Part shown: positions 17,057-27,984 of the stretch, piece by piece
How the letters are laid out: each line of letters opens with the position of its first letter
Numbering within the stretch: position 1 is the stretch's first letter
IMG/VR virus record: IMGVR_UViG_2585428000_000009
Location: 25,030 to 89,029 of that record
Length of the DNA: 64,000 nucleotides
Direction: 5' to 3' (one strand)
Origin: a virus
Lineage: Duplodnaviria > Caudoviricetes
Program-made: the position numbers and the translations under genes
The notes under the pieces: model-generated
What the model saw: the letters and a program-made list of their open reading frames with translations, nothing else
Told to the model about the DNA's origin: nothing
Database searches by the model: none

Positions 17057-17814
17057 CAGGCCGCCGTCGCTTCCGTGATGCGCCTGTACTCCGCGTCTGA
17101 GAGCCGCTGCATATCAGGATGACCGACACCCCCAAGACGTACGCCGACACGGTTGCATGCCAGGCATTGACGCCGACCGGCACGCATCCCGGATGCCACG
17201 AGATTCGGCGCAGCGAGCAGGTGCCCACGGGGACAACACTCAATCGAGGGTTTCCCACTCATGATCTTCTCGTAGTACCAATCGGCAGTCGCCTTCAGAT
17301 CCCAATGGGCATTCTTCGGGATTCGCAATCTGGCGCGCGCCCTGCTGCATGCTAGACAGGATCGATGATTGAAGGCGCTAGCGTGGTACTCGCGAAGATT
17401 CGGAGCTGCCAGAATGTGACCGAGTGGACAATGCGTTCGGTTCACGAATATGTTCGTGCCGTGCACCAGTTTGTCGCGTTCGTTCTCGGACTTGCTCCCC
17501 CAGACAAGGTTTGATACACGATTGTCGACCCGAACACCGTTGAGGTGTCGCATTTCCTGCCCCTCGCCGGGCACGCCGAAGAATGCTAACCCTACCAGCT
17601 TATGGACCGTAAACACCTTCGCCTGTCCGAATTTACTAAGACTGACGTAAGCATAGCCGCAGCGATTTGTTCTCTGCTTCACAATGATCGTACGCGAACG
17701 TCCGACGCGACCGAGACCACGATTGACGGGCCGGGCCAAGGATTTTATCCTGCCTTGATCAGAGACTTCATAGAAACCTTCGTATCCAGGTATTGCGCGC
17801 CAATTCTCGGTCAT
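17056..17814 (-). CDS. NUMOD4-HNH homing endonuclease
   Basis: ENWRAIPGYEG.YEVS..GRI, VH.LV..AF, H.NG...DN...NL; two CPxGH...CxxC repeats. Confidence 0.92.
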   Translation of the reverse strand: MTENWRAIPGYEGFYEVSDQGRIKSLARPVNRGLGRVGRSRTIIVKQRTNRCGYAYVSLSKFGQAKVFTVHKLVGLAFFGVPGEGQEMRHLNGVRVDNRVSNLVWGSKSENERDKLVHGTNIFVNRTHCPLGHILAAPNLREYHASAFNHRSCLACSRARARLRIPKNAHWDLKATADWYYEKIMSGKPSIECCPRGHLLAAPNLVASGMRAGRRQCLACNRVGVRLGGVGHPDMQRLSDAEYRRITEATAA

Positions 17815-18428
17815 GCTGCCGCCTTCCAGCCATAGCTGGCGAGCACGCCCGCGATGTCAGGGGGCTGCCACCCTTCAGGCTTCACTATTTTGTTCGTCAC
17901 GGGATGCCGTACAACATTGCCGTCAACCGCTTTTTGCATGTTTGAGAAATGCACCGCAGCCCACACGGAGGCCATCGGTAGGTGCAGCAGCGCCCCCAGT
18001 GCCGCGGTGGCGCTGATCAGTAGGTCGATGTACGCGGTCGTCAGCCGGAGATCCCGCCCTTCGGCAGCCGCCGTGAGCCGGTTGCGGTAGAGGTCGAGGC
18101 GGTGCGGCCACGAGTGCGGTGCTTCGCGGCGGTAGGTGTCCCAGGTCGGCGGCCAGTTCACGTCCCGCAGTACGGGTGTGTCCGCCTCCAACTGGTGTGC
18201 GACACCGATTCGCAGCGCGAGTCCTGCCGTGACGTACAGGGTGTCGGCGATGCCGTCGGCGGCGCCGGTCATGTCGCGGGCTTCGAGCGCTTCCCGGAGT
18301 TCGTCGACTTCTTCGCTGATGAGCCGCAATGCCAGCGTCAGGTCTTCGCTGCTGGGCCAGCCGGGGTGGTCGCGTAGCGCGACGCCGCAGGCACGGTTGA
18401 ACGTGGCGACGTCCCGGTAGACGCTCAT
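17811..18428 (-). CDS. MazG-like all-alpha NTP pyrophosphohydrolase
   Basis: LISEEVDEL...DGIADTLYV, VH.SNM.K, KIVKPEGW.PPD. Confidence 0.87.
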   Translation of the reverse strand: MSVYRDVATFNRACGVALRDHPGWPSSEDLTLALRLISEEVDELREALEARDMTGAADGIADTLYVTAGLALRIGVAHQLEADTPVLRDVNWPPTWDTYRREAPHSWPHRLDLYRNRLTAAAEGRDLRLTTAYIDLLISATAALGALLHLPMASVWAAVHFSNMQKAVDGNVVRHPVTNKIVKPEGWQPPDIAGVLASYGWKAAA

Positions 18429-18708
18429 GCTGCGATTCCTTCGTCCGCGCGCGCATGCATGTACGCCTTCGCGCGCGTCACCTTGTCGTGCAGGTCTTCG
18501 AGCAGCAGGTAGGTGGAGAGCCAATCCCGGGCGTCGTAGGCGACCTGCACTTGCTGCCCGAGCGCGTCGATCTCGTGTATGACGACCGCGACATCGGTGT
18601 CAGTGGGATGCCGCCAGAGCCGATGCTCTTCCACCTGGTCGGCGGTGACCGGGCCGTCGAAAGACAGGAGTTGCCCGCATTCAGTGCATGTCGCCACGGT
18701 GAAGCCTC

Positions 18709-19464
18709 CTACAGGTCGGCGAGATTGAGGATGGCGGTGTTGTCGCTGACCGGCGCGGAGTCGTCGGCGAGGATGTCGACGACGGTCCGGTAGTGGCCGC
18801 CGTTCAGGTCGGCGGTGAGACGGCAGTGGTAGTGGCCGGCGAACAGCCGCCGCGGCATGACTTGGTCGACGACGCGGCGCAGCAGTTGCCGGTGTTGTTC
18901 GGCGGTGGCGATCTCTTGCTGCGAGAAACCGAACGGGTTGCCTTCGATGCAGGGGATGCGAACACCTGCGGGTACGTCGTGGCAGATCATCACGTCGGCG
19001 CGTCCGTCGTCGGTGGCTTTCTGAGCTTGGGCGATGCTGATCGTTTCGCCGCACCACCATTCGCGGCCGGGCGTGCGCCAGGGGCGGTCTACGGAGTGGG
19101 CGCCTCCGAGCGCCAGGAACCGCACACCGTTCCAGGTCCACCGGTAGGTGCGGGGGAGATAGAAGATGTTGGGGCGCAGCGGTATCGCCGTGCAGCCGTG
19201 TTCGGCGACCTTCTTGCCGAGGTAGGCGTGGTCGTCGTGGTTGCCGTCTACGAAGCCGAGCACGAGCCCGGTTCGCTGTAGGGCGTTCTGCACGCGCGCC
19301 ATGAACTTCGGGTCGAACCGGTAGGCGAAGTCTCCGACGTGCAGGATCGCTTGCGCGCCATGTGCTGCCGCGTGCTCGATGCCGCCGATAGCGGCGGCGC
19401 TCCATCCGTGCCAGTCCCCCGCAATAGCGACGTGGGCCGGGTTGAGGGCTTCCCAGGTAGTCAC
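18709..19464 (-). CDS. Calcineurin-like metallophosphoesterase
   Basis: GDWHG, VGDF, DGNHD, GGA.SVDR, CHD.P, GHYH. Confidence 0.92.
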   Translation of the reverse strand: MTTWEALNPAHVAIAGDWHGWSAAAIGGIEHAAAHGAQAILHVGDFAYRFDPKFMARVQNALQRTGLVLGFVDGNHDDHAYLGKKVAEHGCTAIPLRPNIFYLPRTYRWTWNGVRFLALGGAHSVDRPWRTPGREWWCGETISIAQAQKATDDGRADVMICHDVPAGVRIPCIEGNPFGFSQQEIATAEQHRQLLRRVVDQVMPRRLFAGHYHCRLTADLNGGHYRTVVDILADDSAPVSDNTAILNLADL

Positions 19465-19823
19465 GGCCGATCGTCCTGTTCATCGTTGTCGCCGCCTAGA
19501 AGCAGGTGCACGATGCGGCGGACGTCGTCGGGTTCCCATACGAGGTAGCGGGTGTCGGGGTCGTAGTAGCCTTCGCGGTCCACGTTCAGGTCGACTGGGT
19601 AGGACACACCGGTTGTGTCCATGGCTCGTTCGCGCTCGAGCATTTCGTCCGAGCTTCGCGCGTCGGGGGTGTTGATGCTGCGGTAGTAGAAGTCGTCGAT
19701 GTAGCCGCAGTCACCGACCAGGATGTCGAATCCGTCCGGCCAGCGGGAGCCTTCGCCGCCATACAGGACGAAGGGCGTTCCTTTGGGCATCTTCTTCAGT
19801 TCGCTCTTGCTGACTATCTTCAT
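19461..19823 (-). CDS. Hypothetical protein
   Basis: AGGAGG RBS, coupled to next gene. Confidence 0.75.
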   Translation of the reverse strand: MKIVSKSELKKMPKGTPFVLYGGEGSRWPDGFDILVGDCGYIDDFYYRSINTPDARSSDEMLERERAMDTTGVSYPVDLNVDREGYYDPDTRYLVWEPDDVRRIVHLLLGGDNDEQDDRP

Positions 19824-19853
19824 CCGCGCCTCCTGGCGTTCGGTCTCGGGCGT

Positions 19854-20516
19854 TCACGCCGCCTCATGCTGGGCGTCGGTGATGGGTGGTGCGCCGATCA
19901 GTCGCCCGAGTAGCGCGAACTGTTCTGGCCCCCAGCTGGTTTCACACGCCGCGCACCACGCCGCGGTCTGGGTGGCTTGCAGTACGTACCGGCGCACCAT
20001 CTCCCCCGCTCCCCCATCCACGAGCATGGTCGTTTCTCCGCAGGCGGGGCAGGCGGCGCGTAGTTCGTAGGTGTGGGTGATCTCGGTGGGCAGGAGCGCG
20101 CGGGCGCGGTCCACCCACGCTTCGAGTTCACGGGTCATACGCCGGAGTTCGGCGACGTCGTGCGGGCGCCACGGGTGGTCGGCGAGCGCGTAGAGGCGGC
20201 GGACGGTGACGGGTTTGCCGGCTGGTTCGGTGGGGGTGTCGGGCCACCAGACGCTGACGCGGGTGTCGATGCGGACGATGAGGGAGAGCGCTTCGGTCCA
20301 GCCGGGTGTCGAGGAGGCGGGTGCGGAGCGGGCGTAGGTGTCGCCTTGGTCTTCGCCGTGCCGGGCGTCGAGGAGTTCGGTGTAGAGGCTGTCGCGGATG
20401 ATGGCTTCGGGGCCGTCGTCGCGGTCGATGGTGTCGGGGCGCAGGCCGACGAGGCCGTGCACGGCATCGGTGAATGCTGTGTGGGCGCCGCGGACCAGCT
20501 CAACAACTTCACTCAC
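19854..20516 (-). CDS. Zn-ribbon protein, possible transcription regulator
   Basis: SLY.EL, C-terminal CPACG...CAAC..W; GGAGG RBS + GTG. Confidence 0.7.
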   Translation of the reverse strand: MSEVVELVRGAHTAFTDAVHGLVGLRPDTIDRDDGPEAIIRDSLYTELLDARHGEDQGDTYARSAPASSTPGWTEALSLIVRIDTRVSVWWPDTPTEPAGKPVTVRRLYALADHPWRPHDVAELRRMTRELEAWVDRARALLPTEITHTYELRAACPACGETTMLVDGGAGEMVRRYVLQATQTAAWCAACETSWGPEQFALLGRLIGAPPITDAQHEAA

Positions 20517-21132
20517 GCTGCGCGGCCTCCCGGCTGTCACGGCGAGCCGCGAACTCATTCTTGATCCACTGCGGCATACGCGCACCGACTGGGAGGTCGG
20601 CCATTGCCCGGTTCAGATCGGTCGGCGTCTTTCGCCATGCGCGACGGCCGCCGCAGATGCGGCATGTGCCGTAGTCGCCGTGGTCCAGGTCGGGTGTGTC
20701 GCAGTAGCAGAGGATGTGGGAGTGCCAGACCGTGAGGCAATCGCGGTGATAGAGACCAGACTCGCCACGCCACCACGGCCCCCGCTCACGATCCCATTGG
20801 CTGGATACATTGACTGGGTCGGCGTTGCGGCTGTTGCCGCCGCACCATTCGCAGCGGGTGAGCAAGTAGCGCCGCAGGTCTTGCAGCGGTGGTACCTGAA
20901 TCCACCAGTGGTGCGGGTGTCGCGCCCACGTCGAGGGCTTGCATACGGTGCCGGAATCGTGGCCGCCTGGTTCTCGATGCCAGATGGTCACAATCGACGG
21001 GAAGTACAGTTCCCACGATCCGAGGTACCAGTAGCACCGCCAGCCGATCTGGCGGGTGTGTGGACGTTTCGTGCGGGTGATGTGGGGCCATGGCCGCCGG
21101 ATGTCGGCGACGACGACGTCCGGATCATGCAT
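20509..21132 (-). CDS. Cys/Trp-rich hypothetical protein
   Basis: MHDP..V, TIWH.EP.G.DSG..C, several CxxC. Confidence 0.75.
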   Translation of the reverse strand: MHDPDVVVADIRRPWPHITRTKRPHTRQIGWRCYWYLGSWELYFPSIVTIWHREPGGHDSGTVCKPSTWARHPHHWWIQVPPLQDLRRYLLTRCEWCGGNSRNADPVNVSSQWDRERGPWWRGESGLYHRDCLTVWHSHILCYCDTPDLDHGDYGTCRICGGRRAWRKTPTDLNRAMADLPVGARMPQWIKNEFAARRDSREAAQRE

Positions 21133-21785
21133 TTCTGGTGTCTCCGTTGTGCTCGTGTTCTTCTCGGACGCAGCGCATTTGGCGGTCGAAGACGCATTCG
21201 TCGGGGCGCAGAACGGCAGGAAACCATTCGCCGCGTATGCCGCCTGCGTCGTAGGGCTTCGGTTTGGTGCGGTGTTCGCGGTTGCGCCGCTTCCAGAGGG
21301 TCACTCGCGCTCCTGGTCGCCGAACAGGTCGACCGGTCTGACGGGTCGGTTGTGGTGGATGAGGGCGTGCGCGCGGGCGAGGTCCACCAGTTCAGCGGGG
21401 GTGAGTGGCCGGGCTTCGCTGACGTGGTCGGTGATCTCGCCCCACAGCAGGCAGGCGTGGGAGACGCAATAGAACTTCGGGGGCACAGACGCTCGTTTAG
21501 GCATCGTTGATGTCTCCGGCCGAGTGCGCTGTCCGAGCCATCGCAGCAAGCGCCCCCACATAGGCCGCCACCATCGCGAGAACGGTGGCAGCACTAATCG
21601 CAGTCCGGTTCATCAGGCTCGTCCTCCTCGAGAAATTCCCACGCGAGGTCTGTGTCTGAAGGCTCCGTATTCCGGGGATCGTCGGGCATTTGCTGACTCC
21701 TTGCCGCGTTTGATCTCAGAGTATCGACGGAGTCAAACACGGTTTCAGAGCACAAGAATTCATGGATAGCCGGATAGTCGCGGTA

Positions 21786-22259
21786 CTACACGGATATGTC
21801 GTCGGGGCCGCTTCGTCGCAATGCCCGCTTCACGACCGCGACTTTCTCATCCCAGCCGTCGGGCTTGGCGAAGAAGTCCGGGTCGATCGCATACGTGATC
21901 TCGTCACTGCTCATCGCGACCACGACCGCACGGTTCCTTGCCTGCTCGTACAAGCACAGGTCTTCGATCAGCTTCAACCGTCGTTCCGCGTCGAGGGCGC
22001 GCGTCTGCCAGTGCCTGCGTGAATCCCACAGGCACCGAATCAGCTTCGCCTGTTTCACGCGGGCGTTGCGGTTGGCGTCGCGGCGTGTCTTGATCGCACC
22101 GAGTTCGGTTTCGCTGTCGAGCGCACGGTTCTGCCACCAGCGCCTCGATATCCATACGACGCGCACCACTTTGTTCGCGCGGATACGGGCGTGCTTCTCA
22201 CCGAACAACACGGCGTTGTACAGGCGCGCCTGATACGGGGTGATGTCATCCTTGGTCAT
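21786..22259 (-). CDS. Hypothetical protein
   Basis: Coupled ATG; internal repeat W.SRR.WQ.RALD.E x2. Confidence 0.65.
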   Translation of the reverse strand: MTKDDITPYQARLYNAVLFGEKHARIRANKVVRVVWISRRWWQNRALDSETELGAIKTRRDANRNARVKQAKLIRCLWDSRRHWQTRALDAERRLKLIEDLCLYEQARNRAVVVAMSSDEITYAIDPDFFAKPDGWDEKVAVVKRALRRSGPDDISV

Positions 22260-22615
22260 TGGTCCTCGAGACGGGTTTTGATGTGCGCCAACTGGTCTTG
22301 CCATGTCGGCGCGGGGGCTGAGGCATCTGCTGGGGGTGCCACCGAGGGACGTCTGTTCTCGCGCCGCTTCCGGGCCGCGGCCCGTTCAGCCTTACTGCGC
22401 CCCTTCCCCGGTTTCGGGCGCAACGGCCCGGAGATGCGGGCAAGGTCAGATTCGGCGTTGAACAACGGAAAACTGGGCGACGACGGCACCGTCAACACCT
22501 GCCCGGTCGGCGGCCATCTGAGCCGGTGATGGCAGGACCCGGACCGGCCGAGATATTCCCACCCGACCGCCTGGGCGCGGGCGATGAGTTCCCGTGCTTC
22601 CTTCTGGCTGGTCAT
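22256..22615 (-). CDS. HicA-like (dsRBD-fold) protein
   Basis: ELI..A...GW......S.H..L..P.G..LTVP.SPS pattern. Confidence 0.55.
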   Translation of the reverse strand: MTSQKEARELIARAQAVGWEYLGRSGSCHHRLRWPPTGQVLTVPSSPSFPLFNAESDLARISGPLRPKPGKGRSKAERAAARKRRENRRPSVAPPADASAPAPTWQDQLAHIKTRLEDQ

Positions 22616-23276
22616 GCCGGCTCCCCGAAAGGGATCTCGTCGACGCCGCGGTTGTGCTGGATAGCCCATTCGGCGAGGCACGGCATTGAGCAGAAGTGGT
22701 GTTCGTCGTCCCAGCCGGGGAAGCGGAGGATCAGCCAGCCGGCGGTGTCGGTTTTCGTGCGTGTCCAGGTGCCGCAGTCGTCGCGGTCGCAGTGCATCGC
22801 GAGGCTCATGCGGCGTCCTCGATTCCGTTGATCCTGTCGACGCCCCAGTCGATGAAGTTGTCGAGGTCGAACTGTGCGAATCGCGCGATGGTCACGGTCA
22901 GCACAGCCAGGGACGCCAGTGTTTCGACGGGTGCTGCGTTTTCGGCGATCACGCGGGCACCGCGTTCGTCACCGTCCAGGGCCGCGCGGAGCAGGGCGTA
23001 CGAGTCCCGCACGGCGTCCTGTTCGACGTCGTTCAGTTCACCGCGCGCGCGATCGAATTCGGGGCTGCTCATGCGGCGGCTCCCATGTGGTCGATGACTT
23101 TCCATGGGCTGTCGGCGTCGGCGCGCGCTTCGGTGGTGACGTGGTAGCCGGCTTTGTAGAGCGCGTACCGTTGTTCTTCCCAGTCGCTGCCGCGGGTGCG
23201 GATCGTGTACGCCTCATCGGTGGCGGGGTCGCGGTAGGTGATGCGCCATTCGGCGAGGCTGCTGCGTGGAATGTCG

Positions 23277-23861
23277 TCAGGCGACGGCATCGGCGAAGCC
23301 TTCGGGGAGGGCGAGCCTGTCCAGGGCGGAAATGCGAAGCGCGGGATGCGGATCATCGATGGGTGCTCCGAGAAGTCGGCAGCCGATGCGGGTGAGTCCT
23401 ACGGCGTCGGCGATGTTGTTGTCGTTGATGGGGAGGTTCGGGAATTGGCGGACGGTGGCGGCGAGGACAGCGTCTTTGTGCGCGTTTCCGGAGCCGGTCA
23501 CGTACTTTTTGAGGGTGTTGGGTGGGACGGGGACGATCCAGTAGCCCGCGCTGGTGAGGGCGTCGTAGGTGAGCCACCAGAGTCCGTGCCGGTCCATGGC
23601 GGAACCGGTGGTGGACGCGTAGGCGGGTGCTTCGGTGACGATGAGTGGGTAGTCGTCTTCGGGGATGAGGCTGGTGATTTGTGCGACGAGGTGGTTGAGG
23701 CGTTTCCAGCGGTCGTCCCAGGTGTCGGTTTTCGAGCCCTTGGATTCGACGAGTTCGGTCCATACACGCGGGTCGCCGGGGCGGGTGCTGGCGAATCCTG
23801 TTGCGGTGAGGGAGATGTCGAGGCCGACGACGGACCCGAACTGGGTGTTGCTGACGGTCAC
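23277..23861 (-). CDS. RuvC-like Holliday junction resolvase
   Basis: VVGLDISLTATG, VTE.P, P..LKKYVTG.GNA.K, NNIADA. Confidence 0.92.
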   Translation of the reverse strand: MTVSNTQFGSVVGLDISLTATGFASTRPGDPRVWTELVESKGSKTDTWDDRWKRLNHLVAQITSLIPEDDYPLIVTEAPAYASTTGSAMDRHGLWWLTYDALTSAGYWIVPVPPNTLKKYVTGSGNAHKDAVLAATVRQFPNLPINDNNIADAVGLTRIGCRLLGAPIDDPHPALRISALDRLALPEGFADAVA

Positions 23862-24809
23862 AGCGGCATCACCGTGGCCCAGGCGTCGAACGACCGGAAC
23901 GGTTGGCTGCAATACCCGCAACGGAACATGCCGCAGATTTCGAGCCGGTCAGCGACAGCGATCCGTGCCTTGGTGACGCATCCCGGGCAGACGAAGACTT
24001 CGTGGCAGCCGCCGTGTACCCGCAGCAGGAACGCTGCGGGCGCGTCGCCGACGTGACGGCAGGACCCGCATTCCGGTTCGTGGTCGAGGTGTTCGATGCT
24101 CGACATGTCGGGGGCGAGGGCGGTGGTCATGCGGCCCGCCTTTCACGGTAGGGATGTTTCGTGGTGTGCCAGTGCTGACCCGAAGGGCAGCGATAAGCGC
24201 GGATCGGCCGCGGCCCTGGGGAGGGTGTGCGCCAGAAGTTCCGGATCGCGTTCTCGGCTTCGAATCGTGTGCCGTACTTCGTTTTCGACGGGGTGGGGCA
24301 GGGGTGTGCGCGGTCGATGGTGTGCTTGTAGACGAGCGCTACAGCTGTGCCGCGTTCGTGGTGGCTGGTGTGCCATCCGCACAGGCAGTAAGCGGTGACA
24401 CTGTTCCCGCTGGTGTGGCGGACACCGGCGAGACGGTGCAGGTCAGTCATCGCCGTTTACCTCCTCGGGCAGGCGCGTCCACGCGGGGATCGGAAGGATA
24501 GGCCGCGACACGAGGTGTGCGTCGGCGCCACGCGACCGCATCGCGTCGACCACATGAGCGGCGTCAGCTTCGCTGTTTGCCGCCCACGTCTGCCGTTCAC
24601 CGTCGGTACCGATGAAGCTGTAGCCGTATGCCGTGTCGGTGATGTCGCTGCGCGGAACCATCAGGAGTTCGGAGGCGATTACGTCGGCCACATGTTCGGC
24701 ATGCTGGTGGCTGTTCATGAACTCCAGGTCTGGGCATGCACGGCATCCGATGCAGCTGCGGCCGGTCTTCTGGTGCTGATACAGCAGGCGTGTCAACGCT
24801 TCTCGCGCG

Positions 24810-25289
24810 CTATTCACCGCGCACCTCCTTGTCGACGGCGTCCATAGCTTCCGCGACCTCCCACAGGGTCATTCGCGGCCTATAGGACGGCGTCTGGATC
24901 TCCACTGGAATCCCGGCCGCCCGGGCACGGTCTACGCAGTCCCAGGTGCCACGCGACCGCTCCCGCGAGCCTTCGAGCGGGAAGGCCAGAACGAGATCCG
25001 CTCCGAGCGCAACCATCTCAGCGTTACGGCGCGGCCCGGCGGCCTTGCCGAACAGCCGCCACTCAGCGGGGTACCGCTCCTCGAGGAACGTGACGCCGGA
25101 CCCGCCGTCAGGCAGCCGAAACCACGAAGCCGCATGGGCGTCGGCTCCGGTGGGGCAGGCGCCGTGAACGACGGTGAACGTGTCGCCCGCATCGCAGTGT
25201 TCAGCTATCGCCATGGCGAGGGCTTCCCACACGTCGTCCTCACACGGGTAGGAGCGTGACCCGGTGACGATCACACGGAAGTCGCTCAT
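24810..25289 (-). CDS. SLOG-family (DUF2493/YspA-like) protein
   Basis: RVIVTGSR, VVHGACPTGAD, AGPRRN.EMV, LAFP, SRGT. Confidence 0.88.
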   Translation of the reverse strand: MSDFRVIVTGSRSYPCEDDVWEALAMAIAEHCDAGDTFTVVHGACPTGADAHAASWFRLPDGGSGVTFLEERYPAEWRLFGKAAGPRRNAEMVALGADLVLAFPLEGSRERSRGTWDCVDRARAAGIPVEIQTPSYRPRMTLWEVAEAMDAVDKEVRGE

Positions 25290-25614
25290 CCGTCGCCCTC
25301 CTCGATGAACTCCCACTCCACGTAGTCGCCGGTGAAGTGGGTCTTGATCGGCCCCGACATTCCGGGGGTGATGTCGCCCTCGGACAGGTACTCGGGCATC
25401 GGTTCGACACCACCGTCGTCGGCGTTGTCGAACCACGACACCAGCCAGCACTCGTCATGCGAAACGAACGGATGCTCATGCTCGCCGCGAACCCAGGACT
25501 CGCACCGACAGTCCGGGTATTGGTGGCACTCCGCGGTGCGGTCTCCGGCGCATCGGAACTCGATGCGGGGCCGGTCCTCGGTGCCGGTGATGGTCGCGGT
25601 GTGCAGATGCTCGG

Positions 25615-26028
25615 TCATCGGGCGTCGCCCTCCTTCGGCTCCCGCAGAACCGTCGCGGGCAGCGGAATGTTGCTGGAGTCGAAGTCATCGCGCTCCGAAC
25701 CCGTCCTCCACCACCCCGCGTGCGGCAGATTCCCGTGCACCTCTTCGTCGACGTTGTCGGTGTCGCGTTCGTAGACATCTCCGAACCGGTCCGCGATGAC
25801 GGCGGGAGTGACCGGGTATCCGTGTTCACGGGCAGCGGCGAGGGCCGCAGACGATTGCAGGGCGTCCAGAGCGCGTACTGTCTCGATCACCCGGACGGGA
25901 GGACGCACGCCCGCAGCGAGAAGCGCGTCCGCGCAGCAGTCGTACTCGTCACCGGGATAGCCGACATTGGGCAGCGGCGAGCGATGGTCACGCATGATCT
26001 GCGCCAGGGTGTCGCGGTCACTGGCCAT
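25615..26028 (-). CDS. Hypothetical protein (paralog of 26018-26353)
   Basis: Shares DALLAAGVRPPVRVI and the D..GD.Y.R motif. Confidence 0.75.
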   Translation of the reverse strand: MASDRDTLAQIMRDHRSPLPNVGYPGDEYDCCADALLAAGVRPPVRVIETVRALDALQSSAALAAAREHGYPVTPAVIADRFGDVYERDTDNVDEEVHGNLPHAGWWRTGSERDDFDSSNIPLPATVLREPKEGDAR

Positions 26029-26267
26029 CGGTGGCCTCCTTGCTGGTCGGAGGGATATGCACGACAGTCAGCCGCTTGCAGAGTTCAACCAATCCCTGGC
26101 TGTCGCGCTTCGTGTCCGCTCCCGCGAGCCACCAGTACGTGAAGTAGCGTTGCCAGGCGTCCCCGTCGGCGTCGATCACTACGGATTCGATAGGCAGCGC
26201 ATCGAGTTCGGCAGGGTCGCTGATCACCCGGACGGGAGGACGCACGCCCGCGGCGAGCAGTGCGTCC
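25885..26267. repeat. 46-bp direct repeat (25885-25930 and 26222-26267; 30 bp identical, 3 mismatches)
   Basis: GATCACCCGGACGGGAGGACGCACGCCCGC read twice. Confidence 0.95.
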
Positions 26268-26353
26268 ACGGCGGTCTCGTGTTCGTGGTCTCGATAGTTG
26301 ATGTGCTCGCTCAGCAGGGCGTTGAGCTGGGCGCGGAAGTCGTTGTCAGCCAC
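26018..26353 (-). CDS. Hypothetical protein (paralog of 25615-26028)
   Basis: LDALP..SVVIDADGDAWQR motif. Confidence 0.75.
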   Translation of the reverse strand: MADNDFRAQLNALLSEHINYRDHEHETAVDALLAAGVRPPVRVISDPAELDALPIESVVIDADGDAWQRYFTYWWLAGADTKRDSQGLVELCKRLTVVHIPPTSKEATDGQ

Positions 26354-26885
26354 GGTTGCCCGCCTCTCGGTTCCGGTTGCGGGGGTCGTTGATCGGGCAC
26401 TGCTCTCGGTCTGCCAGGACAGCCCGCAGGCGCGGCCCCACATCAGCGCCGTCCTCGATGCCCAACAGGCACGCGATCTCCTGGGCGTCACGCTCGAGCA
26501 GCGCGTATGCCTCGTCCCACTGCTGGCACGTTCCTCGCAGGTCGTCGATGTAGCGGCGATCCTGAGCCAGAGTCAGTTCCGCGTTCGCCTTCCAGGTGCG
26601 TAGTTGCTCCAGCTCGTCGAGCAGTTGCCCGTACGTGTTGCGCATGTGCGCGATCAGCTCGGCGTCAGCCCACGTATGGCCCATCTGGTCGCACCGCGTG
26701 ACGTCCTTGCCGTCAGCCGGAATGTCTTCGCACGCCACCATGTTCGATGTCCACGACACGGTGGGACTGTCGTGGCAGCACAGGCACCGGCAGCCCTTTT
26801 CGAGATGGCTGTGCGGGTCTATGTCCCACGGCCCTGGCGTTGCGGCGGCGAGCAGCTTCCGCCCTTCGGTGATGAGGTCAGGCAC
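26346..26885 (-). CDS. Ead/Ea22-like protein
   Basis: AATPGPW...DAELIA..R.....LLDELE.LR. Confidence 0.65.
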   Translation of the reverse strand: MPDLITEGRKLLAAATPGPWDIDPHSHLEKGCRCLCCHDSPTVSWTSNMVACEDIPADGKDVTRCDQMGHTWADAELIAHMRNTYGQLLDELEQLRTWKANAELTLAQDRRYIDDLRGTCQQWDEAYALLERDAQEIACLLGIEDGADVGPRLRAVLADREQCPINDPRNRNREAGNRG

Positions 26886-27286
26886 CGCCGGTCACCGCCT
26901 CGTCCAGGGCGTGCTGCAAGTCGGCCACCGCGCGCTTCCAGCCGCACGAAATCGGGTCGCCGTCGGGGTGGACGTCGCAGCGTGGGTGCGCGGCGAGGGC
27001 CGTCCGGATGGCCGCAACGGTGGCCTCCAGTTCGGCGATGCGGGCGCGAGCATCGTCGCGAGCCTGGCTGGCGCTATCGCGTTCGTCAGACAGCCGCCCG
27101 TAATCCTCGGCCCACAGGCGGTTGAGATCCCGCGCGGTCTGACGGAGATTCGCGAGTTCGGTGCGGGCGTCGGCGAGCTGTTCCTCAGTGTGGTCGAGTG
27201 TGCTGGTCAGCCGAGTGACGTTCTCCCGCAACTCGTTACGCTCGCGCATGAGTTCGTCGTAGGTCGGCACGCCGATGAGGTCGCGG

Positions 27287-27589
27287 TCAGGCATGGTCGC
27301 CTCCGTCGGGGATGGGTGCGCTGGGTGTCCAGTTCTTCAGCGCCACTTCGAGTTGTTGGATCTTGTCGAGCTGGAATCCCGACCAATGCATGTCGCCCAC
27401 CACGACCACGGGCAGCGACCGGTAGCCGAGATCGCGCACGCGCGCCGCAGCGTTCGCGTCAACCGAGACATCGACCTTCACGAACGGAATACCGCGCGCG
27501 GTGAGCGCTTTCGCCGTCGCCACGCACTGGCCACAGCCGGGCTTGCTGTAGAGGACGATCGTCGGGGCGTCCGGGTGAATCTCGGTCAT
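27287..27589 (-). CDS. NrdH-like glutaredoxin (second copy)
   Basis: LYSKPGCGQC...LGYRSLPVV....HWSGF. Confidence 0.92.
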   Translation of the reverse strand: MTEIHPDAPTIVLYSKPGCGQCVATAKALTARGIPFVKVDVSVDANAAARVRDLGYRSLPVVVVGDMHWSGFQLDKIQQLEVALKNWTPSAPIPDGGDHA

Positions 27590-27984
27590 CGCGGGATCTC
27601 CTCCAACGCGAGCGCTTCCACGAACCGCGGCGGCGGATTCGTGATACCGAGGTCGGCGAACACGCGCGCAGCATCCCGGAGCGCGCCGCGATACACGTCG
27701 TGCTGGCGGGCGTACCGCTGCTGCTTGGCAGCGATCGCGGCATTGTTCATTCGAGTCTCTTGCCGCAATCCGTCCCACCGGATCAGCAGGTCAGGCAGAT
27801 AGCGAGCCGCCCACTCCATCACTTCGAACAGCGAATCAGACACCCAATTCGCTTCCAGCGCAGCGAGTTTCGCTCGTCCTTGCGCGATCAGCTCGTCATC
27901 GGTCAGCGGCGGCATCAACGGTCCGCCGTCGCCGAACTCGCCGTGTTCATCGTTGGATGCGAATATCGACATTGCGTTGTCCTT

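Noticed and set aside
25885-26267. DGR template/variable repeat pair
   Set aside because: No reverse transcriptase in the window; the repeat is short, intragenic and mismatches are not confined to template adenines.
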